A DNA stretch of 64,000 nt from Octopus sinensis (lineage: Eukaryota). Under the pieces are notes generated by a model. The model searched no databases, was not told the DNA's origin, and was given only the letters and a program-made list of their open reading frames with translations. Shown piece after piece: positions 1 to 11,616 of this stretch; within the stretch, counting starts at the first letter, position 1; the number at the start of each line of letters is the position of its first letter. A program made the position numbers and the translations under genes. The stretch covers positions 85,870,001 through 85,934,000 of the forward strand of contig NC_043002.1 of assembly GCF_006345805.1 (NCBI RefSeq), written 5' to 3'.

Positions 1-586
1 AAAAAAATGCATTAAAAATGGAATAAAAAATGATGGTAATTTTTTTTTAAATCGTTGACTCATCGTAGACATTTTTAGAGAGTTACTTCCCTTATATAAT
101 AGCGAAAAAATGCATTAAAATGGAAAAAATGTTGGTAAATTTTTTTTTTTAATCGTAGACTCATGTAGACGCTTTCTTAGCCATTTCTGTTTTGGTGTCT
201 TCAAGCCATGAAGTCGTTGTTCTAAAAGAACGCTGGTCTCCTTGACAACGCATTACGACGTTGATTTCTTTACACTCCCTTCCCCACAGCTTCACGAGGG
301 AGGGAAGGGGGAGAAGCAAACAGGTGCAGCTGTGAGCATGGACGCCAACTCCACCGCCATCGACACACGAAAAATTATGCATTAAAATGGAATAAAAAAT
401 GATGTTAAATTATTTTTAAAATCGTAGACTCATCGTAGACGCGCGCTAATAGCCAGACGGGCTTGATATGAATCACGACTATAAGATACCCGAATTTGGT
501 TAAACTGCACCGCAAAATGTGGGAGTAGTTAGGAATCTAAATCGAAGGGGACAGACACTCACACAACTACAGTTTTATATATATAG
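1..586 (+). mobile_element. Non-autonomous Helitron/Helentron-like element, copy A (starts before the window)
   Basis: Ends ...gacagacactcacacaactacagttttatatatatag. It shares its ~200-bp core and ~190-bp 3' block with copy B and has three internal ~65-bp subrepeats. The class is inferred from terminal motifs. Confidence 0.6.
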
Positions 587-1097
587 ACTAGCAGTATCGC
601 CCGGCGTTGCTCAGATTTGTAAGGGAAATAACTATATAAGCATTTTTAGAGAGTTACTTCCCTTATAGATGCCAATTCGGGCTTTCTTAGCCATTTTTGT
701 TTTGGTGTCTTCGAGCCATGAAGTCGTTGTTCTAAAAGAACGCTGGTCTCCTTCACAACGCATTACGACGTTGATTTCTTTACACTCCCTTCCCCCACAG
801 CTTCACGAGGGAGGGAAGGGGGAGAAGCAAACAGGTGCAGCTGTGAGCGTGAACGCCAACTCCGCCGCCATCGACACACGATGCATTTTATGCATTAAAA
901 TGGAATAAAAAATGTTAAATTATTTTTAAAATCGTAGACTCATCGTTGACGCGCGCTAATAGTCAGACGGGCTCGATATGAATCACGACTATAAGATACC
1001 CGAATTTGGTTAAACTGCACCGCAAAATGTGGGAGGAGTTAGGAATCTAAATCGAAGGGGACAGACACTCACACAACTAGAGTTTTATATATATAGA
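587..1097 (+). mobile_element. Non-autonomous Helitron/Helentron-like element, copy B (head-to-tail with copy A)
   Basis: Starts actagcagtatcgcccggcgttgctc and ends ttttatatatatagat, a terminal architecture like DINE/HINE/Lep1-type rolling-circle elements. It is near-identical to 1-586 over the shared blocks. Confidence 0.6.
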
Positions 1098-1309
1098 TAT
1101 ATTCTTGCATTATTCATTATTGTTTTTTAAAAAAAATCACACCAAATCTGCACAAATGACCACCACCACCGCGATCACATATACCAATCATACACATGTG
1201 TGTGTATATGTGGCTATATGTCTGACTAATGTGTGTGTGTCTGTATTTATTGTATGTGTGTATAAGTAGTTATATGCTTATATTATCCATTATAGTAATA
1301 TTTGTCTGT

Positions 1310-1430
1310 TGAAACCCGTTTTAAGACTGTCAATAGTTTAATTAAAGATGTGTCTATACATGTATATATATATACATGTGTATACATATATATATATACA
1401 TGTGTAATGTATACACATGTATATATACAC

Positions 1431-1488
<58 letters not shown>

Positions 1489-1534
1489 CGACACATCTTT
1501 AATTAAACTATTGACCGCCTTAAAACGGGTTTCA
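1310..1534. repeat. Quasi-palindrome: ~50-bp inverted arms around a (TA)n/TACA microsatellite
   Basis: tgaaacccgttttaagactgtcaatagtttaattaaagatgtgtc pairs with gacacatctttaattaaactattgaccgccttaaaacgggtttca. Confidence 0.9.
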
Positions 1535-1811
1535 TTAATGAATAATGCAAGAATATATTTATTTATAAACTTTAAACTGAACTTCAATTGTTTTATAAAC
1601 CTAACAACGTGGTGGTACGTAAATAAACGGCGTAAATTAACGAAAGTACCTGACGTAAATACACGAAGTTGACGACTTTCACTTCTGACAACTAAAAAGC
1701 ATGACAGTGCCAGTAACTGATGTCGCTGTCACCGACTAACTCCCTTCTACGAAATTTCAGGGTCATTTACTACTGTACTTGCGAAAAAAAAAAAAACATT
1801 ACTCCTGACTA

Positions 1812-2017
1812 TTGGTAGAATTGTTAGCACGCTAGGCGAAATGCTGAACGGCTTTTTGTCCGTCTTTACATTCTGAGTTCAAATTCCGCCGAAGTCGACT
1901 TTGCTTTCATCCTTTCGAGGTCCATAAATTGAGTACCAGTGAAACACTGGAGTCCATGTAATTGATTATTCCCCTCCCCTAAAATTTGAGGCCTTGTGCC
2001 TTTAGTAGAAAGGATTT
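1812..2017 (+). mobile_element. tRNA-derived SINE (family with gagttcaaattccgccgaggtcgactttgcctttcatcctttc core)
   Basis: A-box/B-box-like head (tggtagaattgttagc...ctgagttcaaattcc) and tail ggccttgtgcctttagtagaaagg. Many related copies occur in the window. Confidence 0.8.
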
Positions 2018-3524
2018 CTGGCGTAATGACAAACACAATCGATTTCAGAGTTGTCTCCCTTGTATTTTATTCAGTATTTTTTTTTTTACATACCTGTGCC
2101 TTAACGATTGCTAAAACACTTTCTTCTCACAATTTATAAAACTAATTCATTGGTTCTACCTTCTTTTTAAGTTTTGGTTGCTTAGTTTCTAATATGTCAG
2201 AAATATTTCTCTTTTAATTATTACCGTATTTGTCGGCTTGTCAGACACTCTTGCATAAGACGCACTTCTATTTTAAAAGTATATTTTGTAGGGTAAAAAA
2301 GTTTAGTACGTTTAATTATACTCCTGTTAAAAGATATTTTAAAGTGGTTTTGTAGGGGAAATGTTTGATTCTGTGCATATAAAAAGAATATTGTAATAGT
2401 ATACAGGAATACAGTATGAAACTATTAATTTATCATAAATAAACTGCGTTGTGGGAGCTGCGTTTTTCAGCTGTATCTTCTTTCAGATTAATTGTATGGT
2501 AGTTAAATATTTCGGCTACACGAGATATGAAAATTACATTTTTGGCTGTGATGTTCTGTGTTACTGCAACCAGCCAGGGTGACATACCACATCATGTTGT
2601 CATTCACTCATTGCAAGATAGTCGACAGAAGGATGAAAATTTAACATTCTGTAGTGTAATGGATGAAAGGCGAACCTTCGGTATAGGTACACACGTGACT
2701 TTGTTTACATTTCTGAAGATAACAGAAACCCTTTTCTCCCACCCCTATATAAAAAAACACTTTCTTGAAATGTATCCGGTACTTACACCGGTACATATAC
2801 CGAAGTTACGCCGGAGGAAAAGGACAACAGAAAAAGAAGCAACGTGTGAAAGAAATACAAAAGGCGGTCTCTCTTTCACGAATTCAACATCTTGTTGCTC
2901 TGCCGTCTGTGCTGGAACTGAACACACATCCTCGCTGACCACATGTGCTTCCTGCCCACGCATGCGCCTTACACTCTTCCACCGCCCACCTCATCTGTCA
3001 TCCTCTCCACCAACACCACATAGCTCATCAGAGCCCATAACACCGCCAACACCACACGTTCCTTTCATCTTTCTAGGAGAATTTTTCATTTAGATAATTA
3101 AAGATATGTTTTGAGGTAACAGAGTCAAAAAGGTATGAGTTACACATATTAAAGAAGTAGGTATAATACGATTTCTGATTTGGTAGGGTTTCTATGGCTT
3201 GATGCTCTGCCTTACACAAACCACTTCACAGTGTACTGAGTGCTTTTTACGTGGCACTTGCACTAGTGAGGTCACCGAGTAACTCATAAGGTGAAGGCCC
3301 TCATCAGAGGTGTATGTAGCATTGAGGGAGGTGGTTTTATGGCTTTATACGAAGTTATGAGAAGTTAAAAATGTCAGGGGGGCATAGCTATCCCAGTTGG
3401 AAAAGGAGAGAAGATGGTGAAGAAGTGTCAAGGCATATCTTCAAGTTACATGAAAATGAATATAAGTGATCCAAAGGATAGATTAAGAAAGACTGGAAAT
3501 GTGTTTCAGTTTGGACTACAGTGT

Positions 3525-3830
3525 GGAGACGCAATGGCCCAGTGGTTAGGGGAGCGGACTTGCGGTCGGAGGATCACGGTTTCGATTCCCAGACCAGGCG
3601 TTGTGTGTGTTTATTGAGTGAAAACACCTGAAAGCTTCTACGAAGCTCCGACAGGGGGTGGTGGTGACCTCTGTTGTACTCTTTTGCTACAACTTTCTCT
3701 CACTCTCTCTTCCTGTTTCTTGAGTAACACTGTGATGGACTGGTGTCTCATCCAGCTGGTGGGGGGTAACACATATGCCACAGAAACCAGGAAACCGAGC
3801 CCATGAGCTTGGCTAGTCTTGAAAAGGGCA
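3525..3830 (+). mobile_element. tRNA-derived SINE with a gatggactgg..tccag (V-domain-like) central motif
   Basis: Head ggagacgcaatggcccagtggttagg...gtttcgattccc. A homologous copy lies in reverse orientation at 60110-60365. Confidence 0.75.
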
Positions 3831-4231
3831 ACGTTTGGCGTTTTTATTTGGACTACAGTACTCCTTACCAACAACGTCTTCAATTTCGACTAAAATGTGC
3901 CCGCATAAAGCATCTTCATTGTGAAAGTGGAAAAAGGAAAACTGAGGTGCACATGTTTATACAACTGCAAACATACTGAAATTAAATGACTTTAAAACGT
4001 TTCCAAATCAAGTGACACTGGTTAATATTTGTATTCTTTGGTTGGTTCTTTTACTTGTTTCAGTCATTTGACTGTGGCCATGCTGGAGCACTGCCTTGAA
4101 GGATTTTAGTCAAACAAATTGACCCCAGAACTTATTTTCCAAGCCTAGTACTTATTCTATTGGTCTCTTTTGCCAAACTACTGTTACAGGGACATAAACA
4201 CACCAACACTGAGGAAATGTATATTGCTCAG

Positions 4232-5669
4232 CTACTGAGCAATATACATTTCCTTTTTGGATTATAGTTTTCAATTGCTCCGTTACATTACAAGCCAATC
4301 CATGCTGTCAATCTGTATTAGTCCTTCTTGAAGGAGGCACCTCTTTATACTTAACTTTATCGGGATCTACACATCCTACCACTTCTAATATACATTCCTT
4401 TATGAGGTCTGCATCGCTGAATGGCTTACCTTTTTTCCAAGCAAATATGCAACTTTATAGCTGGCTTCAGTCGTAGCATTCCCTTGATGCAGCACAGATT
4501 GGAAAAATTGTCTTTGCTTTTGTTTTCCATCTTTCAATTTCTGCAATGCTATCTTTCGAGACCTACTTTGGCATATTTATTGTCTTTATGAAAAGAATAA
4601 TGTTGCTGTGCACTGAATTTCTTAACCATTACAATTGCGGTATCACAAAACAAGCAAGACATTTTGCCTCCACTATTTACTAAAAACTATTGCAATTCCC
4701 ATTCTTCATTGAAGATTCTGTTTTCTTTCAAAGTGCGTTTCAATTTCTTTTTACATAATTAGGGGTTAAAAAGAAATGTTTTATTCTGAAAAACCATAAG
4801 AAAATAAAAGTTTAATAATGAATTAGTAAAGCTGGCCACACACTGACCCAAATAAAACAATCTTAGGCAAGGCATATAAACATGCATCCAAAACCATGTT
4901 TTTGGTTTTGACTTTAGCAATTGTTACTACCATTCTATACTGAACAACATCTAGATTAGCTATAATTTTTTTCTGTAATTAGTACTATTATTTATCATTA
5001 CCTAATTTTTGCAGAAATAATGTCAAATATTGATGGTTTCCAGTCTCAAAAAATAATGACAACTGTTGAAGCTATGACCAAGATTCCAAGAAGATGGTTT
5101 CAAATTGATAGTGTTTTGTCTAAGATCATTCTGTCTGAAGCAGTGTGCAGCCAGCAATGAATGCGATCACTATATCACTTATCAAGTCTCAAAGATAAAA
5201 AGCAAGTCTGTAAAATTAACGCATGCACTGATAGATTTATGGTTTCAAATCAGGTTATAACTAACTCAGTCTCACAAAACAAGTCAGTATGAAGTTGGCC
5301 ATGACTACACAATTACTAAGTACGTAGCATAGATCACAATGAAAAGGTGGTGGACAAGACAAGAACTCTTTGTGTATCATGCATGAAATCACTTACTCCC
5401 TCTAGGCTGGTGTAGCTGACAAGGAAATATCTTTATATACTTGTTGCTTTGAGTTTAAATTCATTGGGTTCAAAGAAAAATGCTTCCAATCTCTGTGAGT
5501 GACATCACTAAACAGTTGGCTTTCCTTTCATCTATGTGTGTGTATATTGTAAGTTTAGGGCATATGATTTTAGGCAAAAATATTCAATGTCAAAAAAGAA
5601 AGAAAATATACCAATGGCCGCAAACAGCTGCACTTGATGGCCTGGAAGGCCGCAGGTTCCCCATCTCTG
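4232..5669 (-). mobile_element. Decayed hAT (Buster/Charlie/SPIN-like) transposon: one terminal repeat plus the 5' part of the transposase
   Basis: Hand translation of 4746-4232 across stops and frameshifts gives KRTLKENRIFNEEWELQ*FLVNSGGKMSCLFCD..QQHYSFH (BED-type CxxC/HxxxH), ATTEASYKVAYLLGKKGKPFSDADLIKECI and PSRRTNTD..EQLKTIIQKGNVYCSVA. The terminus CAGAGATGGGGAACCTGCGGCC at 5669 resembles hAT TIRs. Confidence 0.85.
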
Positions 5670-6436
5670 CACAAGAGTAACTTGAGACTTACAGAAAACA
5701 AAAAAAAAAAGGCTTTTTATTATTTAGAATGTATGAAACAAGAGCAGCATAAAAGTCTGAAAACAACCATGGATGTTGAGGACAAACTTATGAAAATGCT
5801 GTGGACAGGCAAAGGGTTAACTCAAACAAGTACAGCTTGAACAATACTATTTGCCTAAATTCCTATATAAAGGACAGTATGAATTAAAATATAGAATGAC
5901 ATGAGTCCTGTAGATGAAACAAATTTATTATATAGTTAATGAAAACACTGAACAGAAAGATCTTCATATAAATATACTTTATTCTTCATTTTCGTTAAAT
6001 TCTATTAACATTGACGTATGCATACATAATGCATCACTTGTCAAATATGTAACAATAGCACATTTCTTCACTAACAAAAAAAAAAAACAACAGGTATGTG
6101 AGCCTTTTACACTAAACAAAATATAATAACGAAAGCTTATTCAGTCTTTGTTACATCTTCTCAGAAATTGCTTTATTTTATAAAAAAGAAAAAACAACAA
6201 AATAACTGAAATTTATGTGAGACAAAAATTATCTCTATCTTTAAATAGACTGAATGCTCCAAAATAACCATAATCGAAGTTTATATGTTTATTTAGGCCA
6301 GGCCAGTGGCTTGTTACTCTGATGTTTCCATAGCAAGGTGCACAGTGTTAAAACTACCAAGTAACAGACCACTTGACCAACCGAAATAAACTATTTCATT
6401 CTAAGTTTGTATTAAGTACTTCTTTAAATCATGATT

Positions 6437-6438
<2 letters not shown>

Positions 6439-6476
<38 letters not shown>
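6439..6476. repeat. (TA)n microsatellite
   Basis: Direct reading. Confidence 0.95.
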
Positions 6477-6479
<3 letters not shown>

Positions 6480-9400
6480 CATTGTCATACTCTTATATGT
6501 AATGACGTTATCTACAATATAGTTGCCAAAAGTACATCAAATCACTAGTTTTAAGAAATATGGTCCCAAAGGCACAGAATTCTCTGTACATCCAACACTA
6601 ATAAAAACAAGGAAAAACTAAATTTGTTTTTATAATTAAAAAAACTTCAAATTTGATAAATAATTTCTAAAGAAAATGTAACACCTGATATGGAAAACCC
6701 AAATGTATGAACTAAAGAATGATCTCAAATACTCAAACTATATTTACATTCAGACAATCATTAATCACAGACTTTCAAAAAAGAAAATTTTATTGCTTTA
6801 AATAGTAGATTTGGTTGATATCAGTATCAATAGAACTGTTCAGTCCATGTTGTTATTATTAAGTCACAACCAGTGGAACCTGATATTTGTCAAGTGTAAA
6901 AGCAGGATGGATTAGGGTACAGTTTTATAATGTGTATCCTGTTGAAAGTTAATCATTATATTTACATTTCTATTAAAGATTTATTCTACCTTTAAACAGA
7001 CTGTGACTTGTTAAGATTTTTAACTATCCTGGTGAATGACAACATGATTAATATTCTAAAAAGATCTGAATAATCATTATTATTTTAAACTGAATAGTTG
7101 GCATTCATATTCGCACACATAATGTCTTCTAAAGGGACTTTAGATCCAATTTTGTTGGAGATGACACATCCTGATAATTGATTTGGAATAAAATTTTAAA
7201 TAAAGAATCCAAAAATGATTGTCTTCAATCAAAAATTGAAAAATTTTTCGTTCAATCTGATCTGAGTTGCAAATACCTTAAAATTAAACTACATTGAAAT
7301 AAAAAAAATCTTTTATTTCTAAGATAAGGAAAGAAAAAAATCAGTATACTGTTGTTTAAAGAGGAAAAAGTTCTATAGTGAATATGTAAATATCTGTACA
7401 CCAACTCTACATTCTACTGCATTTGTATACAAGAAATTGAAGAGCAATTCTAAAGACATTCTGATCACTACAGCATTCTATTTTCTGACAATTTCAATAA
7501 GCCACAAAGTGTTTTAACGACTGGAAAATTTCCTGTTATTGCTTTTGAATGTTTAATTAAAATCCAATGTTAAAGAACAATTCCATCAATGAGATAGCTG
7601 TTTAAAAAAGGGAGAAAACAATAAGAGTAGCACTAATTGACTAAAAATTACATTTGCATTCTTGAGAAAGAAAATTAGCATATTAAAATTGAATGGATAA
7701 AAAAAAAACTTCAGGCAGTAATAACTGAACATAGGAAAGTTCAAATGTTAAGCTGCTTTCAAATATCTATCACATTTAATTTAGCTCTGCAATAGCAATA
7801 TATGGCCTCAAAATTTAAAATATAAACACTTTTTAAAAATCTTATTATAATGAAGCTGATATAACAAACTTAAAGCCAATGTCTTTCAGAAATTTGAATT
7901 TTCCTCAGCAGAATATAATCAATATTTTAAAAAATTCTAAATTTGCAAACAAAATTTAAAGATGGAAAATCATATTCCATTGTGACTACAAAGGGGAGAT
8001 CATACTTTACCCACCTTCACTGCCACTCATCAAATCCCAGGAAGCACTATGTGACATCAGTGGGGCTGTTGATTCTAAACAATATCAGGAAAAATAGCTA
8101 TTCCTTGATTTTTTTTTTTGGCAGTTGGATTACATTGAGTTATCTTTCTTGAACATTATCTTAAATGGAAAAAAAAAAAACTAATCAAGATCTATTCACC
8201 AAATGTTTCTTCCCTTGAAGCATGTCAGCTTTATTTTTCTGCTGATTATGAACACTGAACTAAAATATAGATTGCAGCATCAACAGCCTAGTCTGTGTGT
8301 TTACTGCATAGAATCAATAGTAAAATATGAAACTAATTTCCATTGCTGATCAAATAATTTCTCAACAGAAGTGATAATTAGCATAATTCTTAGAACAAAT
8401 GAAGAAAATCATAATGTTATGCTTTATCACAGAGATGAAAGACCTCCAAGGATCTAATATTTGTTATGAATTCTATAATCACCATTACTTTATATTTTGT
8501 GGCTCTGTCCTCACAATATAAGCATACTACATTGGACTAAACAAATGCTTCTGCTGATGAAATATAATCACAGCATCCACCCTAATTAATGATGTAGTTT
8601 ACATACTTCACATAAAATTACATGAAACATTTTTTAAAAGTTACTTCAAAAGATATTTTCTTCTACTTATTATTTTGGATAATTAATGCCATGAAATATA
8701 AAAACCATAAAATAGTTTATATCAATGATATGCTCAGAATTCCTGTTAATTAACATACTATAATGATTAGAGTTATATCATACTTTTATTAGTAGCTAAT
8801 GCCTTAAAAGAATATACTACTAACGTATGGTAAATAAGTGGCTTAGGTGGAAAACTTTCAAAAATTAAATATATAAATAAGAGAAAGTAGCGAAAACAAA
8901 CCTAACTGAAATATTTGAAATTTCTGATTCTTAGCAACAATATTTGCTATCAAAGTTACAAAGTATAATCTGAGACAGCATCAAAATTATGATTAGTAAA
9001 AAATGTTTGAGACATTGGAAGGGATTTACATTTTTAAAAATAAATAAAATAATAAAAATGAAATATCCAAATATAACAGCAATATCTGATTAATCATTTT
9101 AGCTATTTAAAAATGAACAACATGATTTTGATATTTTTTATATTTGAAAATTCACTGTTCAAACCAACAGAATATTTAAAAGACATAACATTTATTCAAG
9201 TTAGTTTAGTGTCTTAACTCATTCAAAATACAAAACTTTCATTTATGGAATGTGTATCGTATATCACATGTATTAAAACATTGGCCAACATTACCTAAAG
9301 TTTAAATGCTATAGGTAATACGTATTATGGAAATAGCAGTTTGGTGGAAACCACTGCCACATTTGTACCAGTTTTCATTTTCTTCTGTCTTTATATATCT

Positions 9401-11504
9401 GAGAAAGTATCAGAAGAAAAATCGCTGGTCAGCTATAATGTTTGGTACAATACAGTTGTCTGCTTACATCACACAAACATTTTAAAGTTTCTTCATATTT
9501 CTTCATGCTACTCACTATAAAAATCACTTCACAATACAAACCTCAATATATAAATAGCTTTAATTTCTATTTTCATGTCCTTTCTCCCTTTAAAACTCCA
9601 ATCAAAATCTTCACTCAAAGAAGAATGATTCAAATAAAATTTTACAAGAATTTTTGGGCCAGTCAAAGACAAAAAAAAAAAAAATTTAGAAACAGTATTT
9701 TGATTAATAAACAAAATAGAAATGATTGATTAACAACAGGTTAATATAATGATAAATTTTACCAAATAGAATAGGAGAATATAAATCTGAAAATACTATC
9801 TTCAAGATTGAAAAAAAAATTTTTCTAAACCAAATTTTATAGTTTTTTTTCCCCATTAAATCGATACAGGCTTTTACTCAAAAGTGAACTGAATAAAAGC
9901 ACATCAAATAGTATTCAATCGATGAAATAAAGGCTCAAAATTGATAGAATAAGAAAAAAAAAATGAAAATTGAGACAACCACGCAGTTTTTTTTTCTTTT
10001 TCTTGACACATTTTTGTCTTTTCCATTAAAAAAAGCAAAAATAAATTTATAATGTCATGATAGGGATTACTCTTGGGTTTTGTCCTACAAAAATATGAGT
10101 GAGCAACTTAGGACAATAGCTGTGAGAAATTTCCTTGTCTATTTTTTTAATAAATGGCAAAATAAATGGAATGAGATCAAAGCCACTTCTTATCTCAAAT
10201 CCAACATCTTATTCACAAAACCACTTCCATAAATGATTTTATAAATTGCCTTATTTAAATTTAATGAAGTTTTTTTAGATAAATTTTGAAAAACAAAAAT
10301 GAAATACTAATTTCAACAGGAATCAAAATAGAAGAGCTAATAATAATCATCATTATCATCGTTTAACATCCATTTTTCCATACTGGCATGGGTTGGACCA
10401 TGTCAAAATAATATTTCCCATAAAATGTATTTAGATTTTTACAAAACATTTGTCCAGCAGAATCACGACAGCAGTTTAAATAAACAGCAAGTACATATCA
10501 GATAATGAAAAAGTTAACATAAGTGGTAATCTCTTGTGATAAACAATATTGTTTAGAGAAATGCTTTTCTTTTAATGAACCAAAAGTGGAATTATTTGAA
10601 ATATTCTATAGTTTCTCGGGGAATGTATGTAGGTAGTATTTTAATAGTGGAAGATATACAAAATACAGACATTCCCCATAATTAAAAAAAATAAAAAGGG
10701 AAAGGCAGGTGCAGTTGTGTGTACATGTTCACATATATATGTTTGATTATATGCTCGCATGTGCTCCAAAACCAAAAGGAACATATATGCTCAGTTCCTT
10801 CAAGCTGGCTTTCTGATTCTACTTCTGTTTTTCAGTGTATCTGTGTGTCTGCTAATGTACATTTGCATCACATCTATAATAATTATTATTATTACAATAT
10901 ATATATAAATGCATGTAAAATTTAAACAAAATTACTTATGTTTAAAGCATTAATATGAATTGAAATAGCAAAGCAGGCCAATGAACAAATCCATTCCAGT
11001 TATGACCACTCTGTCTGGAGACTACATTGTCTAATGGGTCCCTTCATTTCCAAGACAGCAGTCATTATTTGAGGGAGATTCAACTATTTCTAGCAGTCAT
11101 GACAACCTCATAAAGATTGTCGTCTATGTATGGATATATGTTAAAGAAATGTATAAGATTTTTCAATGATCAAATGATGCAGGTAATTAAATCCAATCAA
11201 TAATTCTTAAAAACATAAAATAACATCAAAACCCTTTGAATTAAAGGATTATGCTGCTTTAAAACATATTTTTCGAAGTAAGTTCTTACAAATATATATA
11301 TGTATATATAAATTTAACAAAAAAAGGTTCAGATAATTTAACAGAAATCAGCAGATAATACAACCAAGCAGTTTGTCTCTTCAAAAAACACAAGAATTTT
11401 TCAAGTTGAAGACATGGGATGCAGAAAGGGAGATCAAGTCCGAGGATATAGCAGTAGTTGATACATGAGCAGTGGTCGTTGTCTTTAGTGAATTGCAGGC
11501 CGGG

Positions 11505-11616
11505 TTACGTTATCCAAATTTTGTTGAAGAAATTCATGAAGCTGTCGTAAATCATGAAAGTAATGGCTACGTCAAGACAGACACGACTGAGACGTGGAAT
11601 GGTTCCTTTGTAGAAT
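11505..11616 (-). CDS. SLC25A1: SLC25A1 terminal coding exon: [36 protein letters not shown]
   Basis: Translated by hand on the minus strand. Acceptor gttgtag| and TAA at 11507-11505. The plus-strand ORF 11472..11759 is only its antisense shadow. Confidence 0.95.

Noticed and set aside
1302-1672. YI-repeat ORFs on both strands
   Set aside because: They are translations of the (TA)n/TACA microsatellite.
1590-1790. CpG-containing stretch with TGACGT as a possible promoter
   Set aside because: No associated exon or transcript evidence can be derived from the sequence, and it is flanked by repeats.
3525-3600. tRNA gene candidates at this and other SINE heads
   Set aside because: The cloverleaves are incomplete and run into SINE bodies, so they are not bona fide tRNA genes.
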